NCBI GenBank assembly: GCA_050949565.1
Contig: JBMNFY010000017.1
Coordinates: 1,056,001-1,120,000, forward strand
Length of the DNA: 64,000 bases
Source of the DNA: Kiritimatiellia bacterium
Lineage (GTDB): Bacteria > Verrucomicrobiota > Kiritimatiellia > RFP12 > UBA1067
Direction of reading: 5' to 3'
A program made the translations under genes and the position numbers. The notes under the pieces are model-generated. The model was not told where the DNA came from and did not search any database. It worked only from the letters and a program-made list of their open reading frames with translations. This document shows, piece after piece, positions 59,569-64,000 of this stretch; the first letter of the stretch is position 1, and each line of letters opens with the position of its first letter.

Positions 59569-60095
59569 GGGAACACCGCCATCAGTGCATCGGCGAACAG
59601 ACTCATGCCGAAAGGATTGGGATGGTTGATGTTGTTCATCAGAAACCTCATGAAATTCCTTTTTTCGTCACTATACGGCGGCGCGGGACGGCCGTCAAGC
59701 GTGGGGTTGGCGGACGAGCGTCTGCTCGTCCGCGGCGGCGTAAACGCCGCCCACAGAACCCTGCCCACAATCTGGAGTGCGCGTGACAAGCGCCGCGCTG
59801 TGCGCGGGGCGCGGCACCGCTTTTCCTCAGCTCTGGGCGCGGAGGGGGTCCGGCACTGCAGGTGCTACGGGTGCTGCCGATCCTACGGGTGCTGCGGGTG
59901 GTGTCATGCACTCGGCGTCCAACAAGCCTTGTTAGAGTTAAGGCTGTCTTGCGCAAAATGCAGTATTATTTTTTCGCATTTTGCGATATGCGTTCCTAGG
60001 AATCTGCTATACTACGGTACAACCATGGAGTGGTTTTTACGCAGGTGTGGAAACACAGAAAAACGACAATGCGAACCGAAAACTGAGCGAAAGGA

Positions 60096-62510
60096 ATGGT
60101 CATGAAACAGTCATTCATAGCGTTTTGTCTCACATTGGTCATCGGCGCGGGGGCCGCTTCGGCCGCCGTGACGAACGTGTTCCACGTGGCCGCAGGCGAT
60201 GTAAAGACGGTGAAGGAAATCGTCACCGCAAACGGCTGGTCGTGGGCGGATGACGACTGGCTCCGGAAGACGGGGCCGGGCGAACTGACGGCTTCGGCAG
60301 ATTACAAAGATACGAAGATCAACCTGCTCATCGAAGAAGGGTCTTATGCCGTCCCAACAATTGTCCACACGAGGGGAGGGAGGCTAATCATCAGGGACGG
60401 CGCGACGCTTCGCGTTGGCGGTATCCAAGATGCAATGGGTGGCGACTGGTATGTTTCCTTCGCCGGTCACGGGACGGGGCAGGGCGATAACCTCGGTGCG
60501 ATCAGCGTGGGCGGCGGTTTGATGAACCCGATTTTTGGCACGGGCACCATCTGGGACATGGCGTCCGACGCGACGATCTACAGCTATGGCACGATGAATG
60601 CGGTCTTTTCGGGTGGGAGTGAAACTGTCGGTCCGACCCTCAATATGAACGGCCGCACGCTGACCCTGCGCGGCAAGGATGTGAACGCCGTGTTCCGTCC
60701 GCGGTGGTATTGGAAGATCATCAATGCGGGACCGATCATCGTGCGCAACGGCGAGTTTGCCCGCCACGACACGACGAACGACTTTACGCCCAATATCCCG
60801 CTGGTCTCCTTTACAGAAGGCGCTGTGATGGCTGCGTACGGGACATCCTCTCTCTGGGGGAAAGTGGACGCCTTCTCGTTTGAGGCGGGGACGTCGCTCG
60901 CTAAAGGGAAGCAGGGCGTATCGGGCGTAACCTTGACGATGAAGAAGGCGACGGGGCCGGTGGCTATTTCGTCCGATGCCACCGTGACGATCTCTCAAGA
61001 GTTCGGCGTACGCGGAACGGATCTTGTGAACGGGAAATGGCTCACGTCTGCCAATGTGCTCACGTTCACAGAAGGGTGCGAGCTTTCATTCGCGGATCTC
61101 GGCGATCTTGCGCTGTCGGCAGGGACGGTCTACACAGCGGCCACCTCGGTAGCTTCCATTGCGGGTGTGCCCACGCCTACGGGTGATGCCGCGATGCTCT
61201 TTACGGTGGCGAACACCGGCTCAGCGCTCACGCTCACGGTAAAGAGCGGCATCATTGACGTTGTTCGCGACTGGAACCTTCAGACGAACGATGTAAATGC
61301 CGCCGCGAACAACACAGCAGCCGTGGCAGCGCATGTGGCGGAAGTCGTGGACGGTACGATCCTCTATTTTCCGTCTGGTGACTACTGGTTCACGGACACG
61401 CTCGACCTTTCGTCCGTGACGGCGACGAACGTAAGGTTGTGGAATCCGGCGGGAACAGCCAAACTGCGCGGCGGTGTCAGGCTGGGTGCGGCGTCGAATG
61501 TGACGGTGGACGAGCTTGTGTTTTCGGGGTGTGCGGGGCCGGCGATCGTGGCGACGAACACGGCGGGACTTACCGTCACGGATTGCACCTTCGACAAGGT
61601 GGGCGGCTTGTATGAGGACGGCAAGAAGTATCTCTTCGCTGCCGTGAACGTGACCGATTTCAACGTGACAGCAGGTGCCTATGTGACGGATGGCATGCAG
61701 TATGACGGGCAAGGATTCTTTGCGGGCGGCACGCAAGCGGCGCTGAGCGAAGCATACGCGGATGCCGTCGTGGTGCGGGTGACGGCTAAAGAGCACTGGA
61801 CGTGGTGGTTGGAGACAACGAACCGGCTCGCTCTCGTGCCGGCCGCCTACAACGGCAAGACTTGGCGGAAGATCGGCGCGGGCTCTTTCGACTCCGACAA
61901 CACGGGCATTCGGGATGTCGGTATTGCCGCTGTCGAGATTCTGGAGGGTGCGTTCGTGGTGCGTGGTAACGATGCCTGTCTGGGCGTGGCGTATGGCCCC
62001 GTGCGCGTGCATAGCGGAGCAACGCTGACGCTCGCAGAAGCCGGGACTGCCGCCAACAACCGCAGCATCAGGATTGCGGGCAGCGGGTCCGGCGCGGCTT
62101 TTCCTGCTGTCCGCTTTACAGGGTCGGCTATCTGGAATAAGACATCTAATGTGCGTTGGATATTGGAAGATGATGCAGCGATGTATGCGTCGATGACGGG
62201 CGAGGATGGCTCATTTCTGCGGGGTGCCATTGAGATGAATGGGCACACGCTGACGCTGAAGGGCGTGACGGATTCTCACTTCCGTTTCGGACGCACGTTT
62301 CAATGGAATGGCGGCGCCTACGGCAAGATCAACCTCTTCGCCGGCGTGAAGCTGCCCGTGGCGGCGCTGGAAGTGGACGGCGACAAACAGAAGATGGGCC
62401 TCTACGGCTCGTCGTCCTCTGCGGCGGAGTATGTGCGCGACGACCTCTTCATGGGCGCGGGAGTTCTGCGTGTGGGTGAACCGATCGGCTTGATGATTAC
62501 CATTCGCTAA
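60096..62510 (+). CDS. Large secreted beta-helix-rich surface protein
   Basis: Signal peptide; two copies of an RKxGxG...MNGxTLTL module flanking a pectin-lyase-like LYFPSGDY segment; ends GLMITIR*. Confidence 0.65.
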   Translation: MVMKQSFIAFCLTLVIGAGAASAAVTNVFHVAAGDVKTVKEIVTANGWSWADDDWLRKTGPGELTASADYKDTKINLLIEEGSYAVPTIVHTRGGRLIIRDGATLRVGGIQDAMGGDWYVSFAGHGTGQGDNLGAISVGGGLMNPIFGTGTIWDMASDATIYSYGTMNAVFSGGSETVGPTLNMNGRTLTLRGKDVNAVFRPRWYWKIINAGPIIVRNGEFARHDTTNDFTPNIPLVSFTEGAVMAAYGTSSLWGKVDAFSFEAGTSLAKGKQGVSGVTLTMKKATGPVAISSDATVTISQEFGVRGTDLVNGKWLTSANVLTFTEGCELSFADLGDLALSAGTVYTAATSVASIAGVPTPTGDAAMLFTVANTGSALTLTVKSGIIDVVRDWNLQTNDVNAAANNTAAVAAHVAEVVDGTILYFPSGDYWFTDTLDLSSVTATNVRLWNPAGTAKLRGGVRLGAASNVTVDELVFSGCAGPAIVATNTAGLTVTDCTFDKVGGLYEDGKKYLFAAVNVTDFNVTAGAYVTDGMQYDGQGFFAGGTQAALSEAYADAVVVRVTAKEHWTWWLETTNRLALVPAAYNGKTWRKIGAGSFDSDNTGIRDVGIAAVEILEGAFVVRGNDACLGVAYGPVRVHSGATLTLAEAGTAANNRSIRIAGSGSGAAFPAVRFTGSAIWNKTSNVRWILEDDAAMYASMTGEDGSFLRGAIEMNGHTLTLKGVTDSHFRFGRTFQWNGGAYGKINLFAGVKLPVAALEVDGDKQKMGLYGSSSSAAEYVRDDLFMGAGVLRVGEPIGLMITIR

Positions 62511-62637
62511 TGGGTTGGAAAATCTGACGATGGCGTGTTTGACAAGACGTGTCAATCAAGGATAATGGCACGAAGTTCGTTTATGCCGCTCCGGCATTTG
62601 CGGGCACAGTGATCACTTTGCGCTGACAGAGGAAAGT

Positions 62638-63627
62638 ATGAGCAATCTGGAATTGAGCGGCAACCGGCGCGCCTTCATTGCGGCGGCGCTGACGGCCGGG
62701 GCGGCGGGAGCGTTGCCTGTGAGGGTGAGGGCGGCGGAGGCGGAGGCCGCTCCCATTCCCGGACGTGAAGGGTTGAAGGTGCGCGTGACGCCCTATTTTA
62801 AGGGCGGCTGGACGATGTACATGTTTGCGAATCGCGGCACCTCGCAGATGTTGTCGACGTTGTTCGTCTCGCCGTCCGCTAAGGTCGTGATGATTGATGG
62901 CGGTATGCCTGACGATGCCGCCTTCCTCTACGCCACGCTTCAGGCATTGGGCGGAACGGTCGACACCTGGTTCCTCACCCATGCGCACAGCGACCATTAC
63001 GGCGCGTTGGGAGAGATCATCAAAAAGCCGGCATGCGGCGGCTTGAAGATCGGGCGGGTCGTCTATTCGTTTCCGTCGCTTGAGTTCATCGCGCAAACGG
63101 AGAAGGCAAGCATCCCCTACGTGACGCCATTTCTTGAGAACCTCGCGCGGAGCGGGTTGCGGGTGGAGAAGCCGACCGTGGGTGGCGTGTTTGATTTCGG
63201 CGAGAGCTTGACGTTCGAATGCCTGAACGATTACGACCTGAGCATGCGCGTCAACTCGATCAACAACGCCGGCATCTGTTATCGCGTGATGAACGGCGGC
63301 TCGTCCATTCTCGTTACCGGTGACATCGGCGTGGAGCAAGGCGACAAGCTGCTGAAGATGCACCCTCCGGAAAAAATCAAGAGCGACATCGTGTTCCTCT
63401 CACATCACGGTCAGTGCGGCGTGAACAAAAACTTTTATGAGGTCGCGAAGCCCGAGGTCTGCGTGTGGCCGACGCCGCAATGGCTGTGGGACAACAACAT
63501 CAGCGGCAAGGGCTACGGATCCGGCCCGTGGCGCACGAACTACGTGAAATGCTGGATGCAGGATATCGGCGTGACGCGCCAGATCCTGCTGACGCAAGAT
63601 GCAGCACTTGGGCCGAAAACCAGTTAG
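62638..63627 (+). CDS. Tat-exported MBL-fold metallohydrolase (ComEC/Rec2-like)
   Basis: NRRAFI; MIDGG; THAHSDHYG; TGD; SHHG. Confidence 0.85.
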   Translation: MSNLELSGNRRAFIAAALTAGAAGALPVRVRAAEAEAAPIPGREGLKVRVTPYFKGGWTMYMFANRGTSQMLSTLFVSPSAKVVMIDGGMPDDAAFLYATLQALGGTVDTWFLTHAHSDHYGALGEIIKKPACGGLKIGRVVYSFPSLEFIAQTEKASIPYVTPFLENLARSGLRVEKPTVGGVFDFGESLTFECLNDYDLSMRVNSINNAGICYRVMNGGSSILVTGDIGVEQGDKLLKMHPPEKIKSDIVFLSHHGQCGVNKNFYEVAKPEVCVWPTPQWLWDNNISGKGYGSGPWRTNYVKCWMQDIGVTRQILLTQDAALGPKTS

Positions 63628-63640
63628 GTCATTGGGAAAT

Positions 63641-64000
63641 ATGAGCCGTTTTCTTTTTTTGATTTTTTGGATTTCCGCGGTCGTTTGCTCAGGCAATGCC
63701 GAAGAGCCGCAGGACGATGACACACCCGGACTCGAACTGGTGGGGACGAACATCGCCGCTCTGGGAGAGGTCACGCTTCTCGACCGTCCGCAAAGTGTTT
63801 TCGTGCTGACAAACCGTACCGATCAGACCCTTGCCATCCGCAGCCTGCGTCGTACGTGTGCGTGTATCACGGCTTCCGTAGATACCATGTCCGTTCCGCC
63901 TGGGGGTAGCGCCCGTATCACGATGGTTCTTGATCTGACCGGCATTCAGGGGTCTTTCAAACGCGCCCTTTGGGTCACGTTGGCCGACTCCGACCGTAAG
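63641..64000 (+). CDS. DUF1573 (Ig-like) domain protein, runs off the window
   Basis: Manual translation MSRFLFLIFW...FVLTNRTDQTLAIRSLRRTCACITAS...VPPGGSARI. Confidence 0.7.
   Translation, partial: MSRFLFLIFWISAVVCSGNAEEPQDDDTPGLELVGTNIAALGEVTLLDRPQSVFVLTNRTDQTLAIRSLRRTCACITASVDTMSVPPGGSARITMVLDLTGIQGSFKRALWVTLADSDRK

Noticed and set aside
1-64000. rRNA, tRNA, transposase, integrase, prophage or T5SS/T6SS genes
   Set aside because: None recognised by eye or in the ORF track; a tRNAscan/Infernal run would be needed to exclude small RNAs.

Overview
64 kb of a GC-rich bacterial chromosome, probably PVC superphylum (Kiritimatiellae/Lentisphaerae-like; inferred from gene style, not verified). 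The backbone carries housekeeping genes (pcnB, recQ, lnt, etfB-etfA-ETF:QO, nitroreductase) and glycan/sugar catabolism genes (GH109, GH110, GH123/DUF4091-like, GH2, sugar porter, glycyl-radical enzyme plus activase). The standout is three minus-strand loci built like polymorphic toxin systems but lacking RHS/YD, CdiA haemagglutinin or other familiar trunk repeats. Layout: leader gene, then a large exported protein with DxDGDG loops and a swappable lower-GC C-terminal tip, then a cognate exported partner, then (loci A and B) orphan tip/partner cassettes. Locus A (~0.65-9.2 kb) has a tip resembling a cysteine-poor AMOP domain and six partner paralogues that are all different N-half/C-half mosaics joined at a near-invariant hinge. 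Loci B (45.3-55.4 kb) and C (28.4-33.6 kb) share a near-identical trunk and carry five variant HExxHxCGLxD metzincin tips, each followed by a membrane-anchored partner. Several 1-bp frameshifts, mostly in homopolymers, are probably assembly errors. All family assignments come from motif recognition only; no searches were run.
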